Notes under the pieces: generated by a model | What the model saw: only the letters and a program-made list of their open reading frames with translations | Told to the model about the DNA's origin: nothing | The model's database searches: none | Part shown: one piece after another, positions 52,918-64,000 of the stretch | How the letters are laid out: every line of letters starts with the position of its first letter | Numbering within the stretch: the first letter of the stretch is position 1 | Assembly (NCBI RefSeq): GCF_006345805.1 | Contig: NC_043008.1 | Location: forward strand, 76,880,001-76,944,000 | Direction of reading: 5' to 3' | Length of the DNA: 64,000 bases | From: Octopus sinensis | Lineage: Eukaryota | Translations under genes and position numbers: made by a program

Positions 52918-53990
52918 TACATACATACATAGTTGAAATTTACAGAAAAACAAAACACGAAGACAAATGCATGAACAACAAGCAGGTGTTATAGTTTGAT
53001 GCTCGGGAAAGTGAGAAAGACTTTTATGTTTCGAGCCTCCGCTCTTTAACAGAAAGAAATATGAGAAAATAGACAGAAAGTGAATAAAAAAAAACATGGA
53101 TTTAGCGGTCAAGCTTGGCGACTGGCTGGGAACAAATGGTTTGACAGGAGAGGTAGAAGGGGAGATAATAAAGTATTAACGATCCCCAAATAAAGGTGCG
53201 TGTGCGTGCGTGTGTATGTGAGAATGTACGTGTGTGTGAGGACAGGGGGCAATGACTTTGACGTGTGTGGACGTGTACGTGTGTAATTGGGTGTGCCTAC
53301 AATGTATGGCTATGTGGATGATGTTGTGTGGGTGTGCGGATGATGGAGTGTGGGTGTCCAGATGATGGTGTGTGGTGTGAGTGCTGGGAAGTAGTCAGTG
53401 CTAGTGTGTGTGGAGTGGTGTGAGTGATGCAATGTGGTGTGGCAGTGTGGTGATGTGGTGTGAGAGTGTGGGGATGGTGTGATGCAGTGATTAGGATATA
53501 TGCATACACACACACACACACACGTATATAAATTTATAACATCTATCCATCCATTGATACATACATATGTGTCAGTGTACATATACATACATAGAAATAC
53601 ACATACATATGTGTTAATATCTATATATGTACATGTACATATTAGCCAGAGGTCGGACATTTGAACCTTACCAACGTGCATTTTTTTCCCAAAGTCTTTC
53701 CTTTCTCTTCTACTTTCCTTTTCTTTCTGGTCATGTCCTGGACTCTATTAAACATTATGCTCAGAATGTTATATTTAATAACATTTTTCCCTTCGATGTG
53801 CGTCAACCTCGTAATATTAACTGGAAACTTCCACTGGAGTTTTCTCGTTGTTGTTGTTGTTGTTGCTGCTTTTTTTGCATTTGATTTCCTTTAAATATGC
53901 ATGTACACCACAGAATCCAGGAAACCGGCCTTGAGTTTGAGACTCGGGAAGGACATTTGCTTTTGTATATATACATACATACATGCATAC

Positions 53991-54082
<92 letters not shown>

Positions 54083-54242
54083 TTCTGATATAAGGATAAA
54101 ATTTCATTAAAAGTTTTATCAGTGGCCTACATATGAAAAAGGTGAAAATTATACAATTATTAATAAGGGCAAAAAGAAAAAAAATTCTTTGCCAATATGC
54201 TGAAAAATAAACGCTAAATCATCTCACCACATAAAGTATTTT

Positions 54243-54522
54243 GTATTATTACACGACGAGCCGAAACGAGGAAAGCAAGCTAACAAAAATTCTAAAAATA
54301 TAGTTATCCCTGAATCGGTTCCGATTTGTGGATTAATCCAAAAAGGATTCTTCCTTCATCAGTAAGGAACACAAAATGAAAATGAATGAAATACTTAGAC
54401 CATACCCACGGAAGAATCCTTCTTGGATTAATCCAGAAATCGGAACCGATTCAGGGATAACTATATTTTTATGAATTTCTGTTAGCTTGCTTTCCCCGTT
54501 TCGGCACGCGATGCAATAATAC
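54243..54522. repeat. ~110-bp inverted repeats (54243-54354, 54410-54522) with a degenerate hammerhead
   Basis: Minus strand of the left arm: CTGATGA-A-GGA..AATCC/GGATT..TCC-A-CAAA-TCGGAACCGA-TT; the right arm has GAAA at the equivalent site but lacks CTGATGA. Confidence 0.8.
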
Positions 54523-54528
54523 AGTGAT

Positions 54529-54587
<59 letters not shown>

Positions 54588-55128
54588 CTGATCACCTGAC
54601 TGACCAGGCTATCAGATGTTGCTACACATCGCTGGTCACAATGTGTTTCGCATTGTTTTAGCCTTCGAATGACGCCACCCCACTGGCTAAGCGAGCAGGC
54701 CAATATACACACACACACATATATATATATTTCGTTTTGCCGCAAAGGCATTTTTCAAATACGCCAGCCAAGATAAGTTAAAAATTGTCTAAAGTCGTAA
54801 GACGCCCGCTGTTTTTGTCCTGCTTTTACCATTCTTGTTTTTTATTTCTATTTTTTGTTTCTTGTATTTATATTCGTGTGGCACCCTGTCTTTGTTTCGT
54901 ATACATTCGATCCTCTTTCCAAGAAATCTAATGCCTGTGGCTTAGTTTTTCATTGGGGCTGGCCGGTTCGGAGTGATATCGAGATTAAACAGCCGAAATT
55001 GCTAAGATGATCCGGTTCCGACTGAAGATGAGAGGCTTCGAGTGACCCGTCTGTTTTTTTGTGTCGTCTCTTTGTGTATTTTTGCGTTCTTGTCCCACTT
55101 TGTAATTTATATTTTATATTTAATTTCT

Positions 55129-55176
<48 letters not shown>

Positions 55177-55329
55177 GGGCACACAGATATATATATGTAT
55201 GTAGTATGTATGTATGTATGTATGTATGTATGTATGTATGTATGTATGTATGTATGTATGTATGTATGTATGTACATACTTATGTGTGCTCGCGCGTGTG
55301 TGTACGTATGTGTGTGTGTAGGTATCAAT

Positions 55330-56095
55330 GAAGAGAGAAGATGGGTAAGTGTGAAAAGACAAAGTAGGAGTCAGATGAAGAGAGGAGGGGAGTTGAGCCA
55401 ATGTAGCCCAAAGGAGCGAAGAGAGAAAATTAATTCTGTTCACGGGAAGGCGGGACTCCGGATGACCCCTGTGTAAAAACAACCGAACACAGAGGTGTTG
55501 CAGTGAATGACTGGTAGAGCGGAAATGGCGCGAGTACGGGGTCTCATTGCCGAGTCTGATGTCTCGGAGGTACTCAGCGAACCGGTCAGCCAAGCGGCGT
55601 CCCGTTTGACCGATGTACAGAGAAAGGCAGAAAGAGCAGGTGATGCAGGAAATGACGTTGCTGAAGTGCAAATAAAGGAGTCGGTGATATGATAGGGACG
55701 ATGATGGGTGTCTGTGAAGATGGTGGTATCGAAGAGGTAGGGGAAAACGCGGCAGCATGAGCGAGAGGAAGGGAACCAACCAGGTTTGAGGTGAGGTTAG
55801 GGAAGAAACTGTGGACCAAGAGGTCACGCATGTTGTGGGCTCATTTGAAGGAGGGAAGGGGTAAGATGGGGAAGATGTGCGAGGTGAAGCGGTCTGACTG
55901 GAAGGCTCGGAGAATGGTGCGTTGAAGGGGCAGGGTGGAGGGGCGGTAAGTGAGGGGAAACGGGAGACGGACAACGGTGGAGCGGGTGCGGGGAGAGAAT
56001 GCAGAGGCGCGGTCTACGGAACGTGCTCTGGCAAGGGCTGTGTGGATAGTGGTGAGGAGATATCCACGAAGGATGAAGTAACGACAGACAGAGAG
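55330..56095 (-). mobile_element. Degenerate Penelope-like element 3' region with GIY-YIG endonuclease
   Basis: SNVISCITCSFCLSLYIGQTGRRLADRFAEYLRDIR..NETPYSRHF.ST.HS in ORF 55120-55974. Confidence 0.85.
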
Positions 56096-59073
56096 ACAGA
56101 CAGAGAGATAGGCGGACGGACAGACAGACAGACAGATGGACAGACACATACATATATAAATACATATTATTTAAAACAGTTTTATTCATCTCCATGCTAC
56201 TTGAAGTTTAGCTAGCTTCTAGCAGAGACTCGTCTCTTACAGGTTTAGATTACCGGTTCGCTAATCTAAGCCCAAAAGAGACGGGTTTCTGCAAGAACCT
56301 CGCATGGAACCGAATCAAACTCTTTGAAATAATAATGCTTGTTCCTCCTAAATGTGTTGAGTGCCTTTTTCTTACGTTTGTCCACTCACTCGTATGTATC
56401 CACGTATATAGGTATATATCCGCACAGAAAGTTGCATGTAAATGCGTGTGTGTGACTTTCCCCACCTCCCAAGATTGCTGGCCATGTGCGAAAATTAGCA
56501 ACAATACACACACACACACACATATATATATATGTGTGTGTATGTGCGCGCGCTGTGTGGATGTTTACATGTATGTATATGTGCTCACACATATGTGTGT
56601 ATTTACGTATGTAATGTGTGTGTGTGTGTTGTGTGTTGTGGGGTATGCTGGAATGTCATTGAAAGAAATCATTTAAGAAAAGTAAAATTGTTAAAAACTT
56701 GGCAAATTGTACATGATCGATTGAGCTAAATAATTCATAGCAAATGAATATCGATCTGTCATAGGGATAACGAAGAACCTGGTCGGTTGACATTGATCTT
56801 AATATACGACAAAACAAATCGATCTGTTCATAAAGTGGAATAAAACGAGACGCAAATCGATTGACACAATTATTCTTTAATCAATCTCTTAGTTGTCGGA
56901 CAATTGACAACATCAATTGCTATTTTTTCTTTTTGATGGTCAAAAATGTGTCAATGGGTGATCAACTCTTATTGATTTTAAAATGGTGATCTCAAGTGTC
57001 GCATCCTTCTTTGCAGCTCTACACATGCACACGGTTGGAGTTTGACCCAGGCTAATGAAAGACCTATTTATTTCATAGTCTTGTCACTGATTATAGATAT
57101 CATACTTTGTACAACCCCGAATTTTATTAAATTGAGCTGAGTTTCGTTAGCTGCATCGCAGAAAACAATGCTAGACTGAACCAACACTCTCTCAGTAAAC
57201 TTGGTCTTAATCTATCTACTCAGTAACCCATATTCCACAATTTAATATTCAGTTAACCCCCCCCCACACACACACACACACATACATACAAGATCTGTAC
57301 CACAAGCTCAGGGTCACAGCATTTAGCCCCAAATTGTTTTGTCTACGCAAGGGGAAGTAATTGCACATTGCACACGTCAATGCATTCATAAGATCCTGCT
57401 ATCCTCTGGTCAGAGTCAAGTATTTGTCAAGTGAAGCCATGTCGTTCAACTTAAATGAACAATACAAATAACTGAAGTCACATAGCATGGTAGAGGAACA
57501 GCAAAATGACTTAGGCAGGACGGTATAAGTAAGCTTTGTAATTATGTCAGGATTCATTTCCCTACACAGCATCTTTCGCTATAGTATCGAATTAACCAAT
57601 TACTAATGAGAAGAATTGGGTAAATAGAAATTATACTGAAGCCTGTTTTATTTCTTTCTCTTCTTCTTTTCACATATACAAGTCAGTGGGCTTACAGCTC
57701 CACACTTGGAGAGGGAGGTCCATACTGTCGGATAGCGTTATGGGACACTGAATTGACAGATCAGTGAAACTGCTCAGGGTCTCGTTTGGTCTGAGATGGA
57801 CTGGAAGTGGGATGATATAACAACAGGGTAGCCAGTTTTATCTAGAAATTGACTAGAGAAAGCCATCCTTGAACAACCAGACATCGTCTCCAATATTATT
57901 TCCCGCTTGGCCTTGTAACATTTACTGCCTGATCAGATCGTAGTATCAGTTATTTAGGTTTTTGTGAAAGGGACACAATTCACTTGTCTACCTGTTGTCA
58001 GCACTCTCTGAATGGGAGTGGTTAAGGCCTGGTTTGTCACGCGTCGATAAGCTGCTCAGATTGTTTCACCTGCTGAGATTTCAAGACGGTGAACGTGTGT
58101 GAGATCTGTTCGTAATGCAAGCCTTTCCGCAGCTCAACTCCTCGATGGAGCTTTGGAGCTGAAGTTCTTGGTGATGCAATGGCCGAGACAAGACGCCTGA
58201 CATCTAGAATGCTTGCAGGGACACACCACCTTACTTCAATCGCCCAACAGGGTCGATAGATATTCGATTTAGCAATTCATAGAGGATCAGTGGTGAGAAA
58301 GTTGAGGATGTTCTCAGGGAGATACTGGGCGCCGACGATAATTCGCTAGTCTGTTACAGTGGACTACAAGAGATAATTTCCAGAATTCTTCGGTCTGGCA
58401 GTGCTTCCTAGGGGCACTACTAGTTAGAGATAAACTCTACAGGTATGGGAGTGTTGTCAGACGGGCCATTCTGAGATGTATGCAGAACAACGAAATCGCT
58501 CTGTATGCTTCGTTCAATGTCATAGTTAACTTGAGAAGTTATGCGAAACAGCTGCTGTCGGTTGTGGGATGGAACCAGCTATGAGCTGAACCCATAATGA
58601 TGAGTGCCTTGCTGTCTTCCTTTAACAGGGCAGCAAAAGTTCCTTTTCCTGTGTCTGGAGGTCATAGCGGAAGAAGTAGTATGGTTGATGCTGAAAGTTA
58701 TTAGTACAGGTACTTAATTCTTCGGTAGAACCCTAACAGACTTTTTCAAGTTTCACGTAAAAGGGAAAGTGATGACGAGAAAAGAGAAGTACTGTCTTTG
58801 AATGAGTTTATTGAAAGGTGACTGAAAGTGGAGAAAATGGTAAAGTGGATGACGCTGTTCGACGTATATGCCTCTATGTCGGAGAAAATACTTGCTCTTG
58901 TGTTCAGAGAGAGATTTTGAATGTCATCCCTTTGATTGGCTCTAGAGTTTCTCCCGTATCAAGAGAATTACCTTATCGTCATATTTTTTTTAATTTTGTA
59001 TAGAGCTCCAGGCACCTACTCCTACCTCAACATCTACCAGATCCACGCAGTCACCTACCACTTCTATCTATAT

Positions 59074-59294
59074 CAGTGGTTCTCAACCATATTTTACCCA
59101 TGAACCCATTCGATTCCTATTTTATTCGAATGGGCCCCTATAGCCATTCGATGTTTAAAAACCCTTATTATTTTTATACTTAAATATTATTAGGAATTGT
59201 ATAAAAGAATTGTTAAAATATTGTGTATTGTAGAAGTATAACCAATTTATTGCAGATGAATTTTAACAACAAAATCTTAAATATAGAACCACTG
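59074..59294. mobile_element. hAT MITE related to MITE 2
   Basis: TIRs CAGTGGTTCT / AGAACCACTG; 8-bp TSD ATCTATAT at 59066-73 and 59295-302. Confidence 0.9.
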
Positions 59295-59916
59295 ATCTAT
59301 ATAGTTACCTTTCCCCACATCTTGTTACATCTGTATAAACAATCAATATTAGCGACCTCCGCATTTTCAGTTCATACTCCTCCGCGACACACATTTCGCC
59401 GCCATTCCAGATCGATAATATACTGAGGATTAGATTCGATCCACAACAGTCCTTCCTTTTTGATAAGTGCTGAACAAGCGTCTGGTAGTCCGGGTACACC
59501 ACCCCACTTATACTATCCCTGCTGTTTCTTACGTAGCTGAAACGCTGTGATTATAAAATCATCATTAACATAATCAATATAGTTTCGTTGTGTCAGCAAT
59601 AATCGATATAATCGATATAGTTTAGTTATGTCAGCAATAATTTTATTTTTTCTTGATAGACTGAAATATTGCTGTTGGCGGCATAAACACAAGTTTTTAT
59701 TCTGGAGAGGTACCACCTCTCTCTTTCTTTTCTTTCTCTCTCTCCCTCTCTCACGCTTCTCTCTTCCTTCTCTTTCTCTCGCTTATTATATGTATATATA
59801 TGTGTGTGTGTGTGTGTGTGTTTCTGTGTGCGTGTATTCATACGCGTGTATGTGTATGTACGTATGCGTATGTATACATGTGTGTGTGTGTGTATACACA
59901 TGCAGATATGTATATA

Positions 59917-61219
59917 CGAAGGTGGGCTGAAAAGTTCATAGGCTGACAATGGACTGATGCAAGAGCTGTGAAATCTTGCATGCATTAATTTCAACCCTTC
60001 AACCATGCATTAATTTCAATCTTGTATTGTTTTGTTTTGTTTGGTTTGGTTTTTTTTCCAGGCAAACTGATAACCGACTGTTCAAAGACGACTTCAAAAT
60101 TAACTAGTAGCGACTTCTGAAAAGGGTCAAAATTTGGCATAATGGTGTTATCGTGTACCTGCAGAAAAGTGGTTTAAACGTCCAGTGACATTCGTGTTGA
60201 CTTACTTGCTACATTAGGAGATGACTCACCAGCTTTATCAACAGTGAAAAAGTGGGCAGATGCATTGAGGAGAAGGGAGAGTCTTGAAGATGACCTAAGG
60301 TCTGGATTCTGCAACTGCCACCACCGAGAAAAACATTGATCATGTTCACTACATGATAATAGCTGACAGGCGACTGACTATAAATCAAATAGCCAATGCT
60401 ATTAGTATATCCAGTGAGAGAGTTGGGAATATTTTGCACCATGAACTTGACATGACGAACGTTTCCGCTCAGTAGGTACCACGTTTCCTGGCATTGTTTG
60501 AGGTAGATATAGCTGGTTTCCTTGAACGTTTCCTAACCCAGAATGAGTGTTGAGCTCATAACTTTGAGCCAGGAAGAAGGAGACAGTCTATGCATCGAAA
60601 ACATTCCTCCTCATCTGCTTCAAAGAAGACAAATGTCGTTTCATCTAAGAGGAAGGTAACGACCTCAGTTATGGTGGGTGCAAACGGAATTCTGTTAATT
60701 AACTATCTTCAAAAGGGTCACACCATCAATGGAGAGTACTATACTAACTTGCTGAGGCAGTTATGACAGGATATCAAGACCAAATGCTCAGAAAAACTGA
60801 CGAAAAGGGGTCTTGCTTCATCACGACAATGCTCCAGCACACAAGTCCTTGGTTTCAACGACTGCTGTGTATGACTGTGGCTTTGAACTGGTAGATCAGC
60901 CTCTCTATTCTCCTGACTTGCCCCACCCCCACCCCCACCCCCACCCCCACCCCCACCCAACTGGCTATCATCTCTTTCCCAACACGAAAAATCATTCGGC
61001 TGGGGACCAGAATCACAATGGTGATGACGTCATATCTGCTGTTCATGACTTTTTTACCCAGTAGGATGAAAGATTCTTCACCAATGGGATCCAAGTACTA
61101 CTACACCGAGGGAAGACGTGTGTGGACCGCAAGGAGGATTTTGATGGAAAATAAACTTCATTCGGTCACATTATATGAGAGTATCTTGGTCAGCCTATGA
61201 GCTTTTCTACCGATCCTCG
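59917..61219 (+). mobile_element. Full-length degenerate mariner (irritans-like)
   Basis: TIRs CGAAGGTGGGCTGAAAAGTTCATAGGCTGAC / GTCAGCCTATGAGCTTTTCTACCGATCCTCG; HHDNAPAH, YSPDL and YHLFP motifs. Confidence 0.9.
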
Positions 61220-62499
61220 CATACTGAGGTCAATATGATCGAGTTAACACCTTTCTTGAGCCTACCTACTCATTAAATCGGAGTTTATTCCGGTTTCTGA
61301 GACTTTTCAAGTGACGAAGAGCACATGAAATCCCTCACGAAGTCTGTGAAGGCAACATTCAGGGACATTACTACAAAGCTGAAATCTTGATTTTTCATTT
61401 AACAAAAAGCACTTTCTGAATAACAATTACCATGCTTGACCAAAAAGTGCAACCTGATTTAATGCTTTATTTGGTTCTCAAGCACATCGTTTAGAGGTAA
61501 AAATACCAACATTTCCAGTCTTCATGTCTTGGTACTCAGCTGTCCTAAAGTCTCTTGACAATTGCTGCAGACTTTTTTTTACCTTCTAAAAAGAACTAAG
61601 ACTTTCAATCTTCAGTCATCCATACTTGTAGTAGTTCGTTGCCTGTCAAATTATTTGGCAGCAGAATCAGTCTTCTGGAAGTATAGACCTACTCTCTATA
61701 AACAGAGAAATAGGGATTTTGTTTTAGATCACAGAATGTTACAACTACATCATGAAGAATAGCCATTTGATCCCTCGTATCCATGCATGGAGTCGCTTAC
61801 TCTTTGAAATCATATCGAACATAAATGAAAACAACATGACTTTAACTGTACAAGCTGTTTAATTTAAACATTGAAAGAATCTTCTACTCTTCCATTTAAA
61901 ACAAACTTAAAACTATATTGCTTGATATTTTGAGTGATTTTTCAAATGATATATTTTTTTTTGTGGAAAACAATTCAAAATGAAACAATCCTACATTTTA
62001 TATATTTTTTAAATTTTCATCTTGTCTTAAAGTATTAGCACTTAACATTAAAAGACATTTCCTAAGTTTCGCTTTTCTTAATAAATCACAATATTCAACC
62101 TTGTAAAATTTGTTTTTCTTCCTTAATGTGCTACTGAGAGAGCCAGGAAGGAGTATTGCAGCGTTTGGAATAGGTAACCTGATTAAATTGCAAATATAGA
62201 CAACACTTAAATGTGACAAATAAGTAGTGTGCATATATGCATACATACATGGTAGAATGTCCCAGTGAAAACCTCAATAAAATGTAAGCACAACAGACCA
62301 GAGATAATGATTTGGGATAGAGAAGAGAAACTGTGTACATTTGTGGAAATTACCTGCCCAACGGATGTTAACATAAAAGTGAAGATCAGTGAAAAAGAGA
62401 ATACCTACGCTGAGCTATTGAGAAATCTACAGTTACTCTATCAAGATTACAAGTTCAGGTTTATATCTAATTATTGGGGCCCTGGGATATGTAACATAC

Positions 62500-62670
62500 T
62501 TTTTTTACATCATTTACATTTGATGGATATTTGTCCTCATCTTTGTTAACACAACGTTTCGGCTGATATGTTGACGACACTTAAAAAACCAGCCTTCATC
62601 AGGTATCTTGGAGAAATTTCGAACCAGGGTTCTCATTCCTAAGGTGTTTTTCGATGTTGCTGCTGTTGTT
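62500..62670 (-). ncRNA. Hammerhead-bearing arm (left) with intact core
   Basis: Minus strand: GATAC-CTGATGA-A-GGCTG...CAGCC-GAAA-CG-TT-GTGTT; palindromic AACGTT stem III. Confidence 0.72.
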
Positions 62671-62677
62671 ATTATTA

Positions 62678-62741
<64 letters not shown>

Positions 62742-63454
62742 TCAATGTTTGACTTTTGCTTTACATTTGTACAAGTTGACTCCAAGTCTCACCCAGAGAC
62801 CTCAAGAGACAAGTTGGAAGTTCATGTTAGTGCTATGCCTAGTGTGCCATATATTTGGTTTTGTACTTAGTGTTGTACTAATGAATGTCTAAAAAACCAT
62901 ACGAAAATTATGTTTGTTTTAAAACTTGAGATTACATAGAAGGTATTTTGCGTAGGATATGAGCAGTTCCCACGAGCACTATCTTTTGAATTTCTGCCAT
63001 TTTTGGGTTTCCTGGTATCTGAGCTAGGTAGCAATCAGCTCCTTTTGCTATCATTCCATGGCACCTATGACAACAGGTATTGTTTTAGTCTTCAGGTTCC
63101 ACATTATGCTGATTCCTATTTCAAGATCATTATATTTGCTCAGTTTTTGGTAGGTCTTGACAGATACGTTTATATCGATTGGGACAGTCATATCAATGAG
63201 GAGGCATGTTCTTTGTCTGAAGTCTTTCAATATGATGTCTGGCCTATTTGTATCTATCTTTCTGTCAGTTTGAATGGTGAAGTTCCAGAGGAGTAAGATG
63301 TGGTCATTTTCAAGTACTGGGGTGGTTTGTGTTCCCACCAGTTTTTTTCATGGGGCAAGTCCAAGTTTTTGAAAATTACCCAGTGAATATATTGTGCAGC
63401 TCTATCATGCCTGTTTAGATACTCTGTAGGCGCTAGAAGACTGCACTTGGAGAC
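62670..63454 (-). mobile_element. 5'-truncated R4/Dong-like family A copy with a long (AAT)n tail
   Basis: High identity to 3077-3833; ORF 63051-63338 ...ANRPDIILKD-like region...KLSKYNDLEI; (TTA)n 62670-62740. Confidence 0.93.
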
Positions 63455-63653
63455 AGCAACAACAATAACATCGAAAAATACCTTAGGAATGAGAACCCAG
63501 GTTCAAAATTTCCCCAAGACACCTAATGAAGGCTCTGGAGGGTATATCAGCTGAAATGTTGTGTTAACAAGAAACAAGATCAGGATAAATATCTGTTAAA
63601 TGTAAATAATGTAAATAATGTACATAATTCCTCATCTCTTAAATATAGAACTG
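63455..63653 (+). repeat. Hammerhead-bearing arm (right), inverted relative to 62500-62670, core mutated
   Basis: GACAC-CTAATGA-A-GGCT...CAGCT-GAAA-TG-TT-GTGTT. Confidence 0.75.
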
Positions 63654-64000
63654 TATGTAACACACTGCCTAAATACCAATCTTGAGAAATTAAGCCAGAA
63701 AGGAGAAAGCTAATTCGAAGACTACAGAACCAGTCCATCCCTGGGACTGTAAAAATCTGTAAAACTTTCCAGAAGTTTCTCATTTAAATATATATATGAG
63801 CATGTCAAGACGTGCAACTATATGCATGAGAATACATACGTAAAGCAAGACATACAAATCTTCACATATACATACATACATACATACATACATACATACA
63901 TACATACATACATACATACATACATACAAAAATATCCTGTTGTTGATATTGACATTCCAATGAAAGAGCCTTGGATCTAGGTTAGAAACCGATTCTTTAT

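Larger units (their letters stand above)
62250..64000 (+). mobile_element. RLE retrotransposon family C, split by a nested insertion (62250-62496 and 63654-64000)
   Basis: VPVKTSIKCKHNRPEIMIWDREEKLCTFVEI...; resumes at 63654 colinear with the 31949 copy; TATGTAACA duplicated at 62488-96 and 63654-62. Confidence 0.9.

Noticed and set aside
57690-58650. GC-balanced block with faint LINE ORF1-like or CCHC-like traces
   Set aside because: Many stops in all frames and no motif clear enough to assign

Overview
Eukaryotic, very AT-rich, microsatellite-dense DNA with no confidently identifiable host protein-coding gene. Almost all ORFs in the supplied track are translations of (TA)n, (CA)n, (TATG)n, (TAGA)n or (TAA)n tracts. 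The tRNA-derived SINE families and repeat landscape resemble an octopus or other coleoid cephalopod genome (inference from recall, not checked). The window is a mosaic of: (i) RLE-type R4/Dong-like non-LTR retrotransposon remnants from at least three families, two of them associated with simple repeats, (AAT)n and (TACA)n; (ii) a CR1/L2-like LINE; (iii) five Tc1/mariner relics; (iv) three hAT MITEs; (v) three SINE families; (vi) Penelope-like elements (PLEs) with GIY-YIG endonuclease; (vii) a 1.7-kb tandem duplication; (viii) a U6 snRNA retrocopy fused to a SINE. The main pattern is that five long inverted-repeat structures (10644-12780, 28966-29283, 41523-41839, 54243-54522, 62500-63653), whose arms do not resemble one another outside the core, each carry a type I hammerhead ribozyme skeleton (stem I-CUGANGA-stem II-GAAA-palindromic stem III-UH-stem I). 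In all five the ribozymes are arranged back to back and point outward. Hammerheads and inverted pLTRs are each known from PLEs. The repeated reduction to small non-coding double-hammerhead fold-backs is the best candidate here for an under-described system. All folds and alignments were done by eye and coordinates of degenerate elements are approximate.
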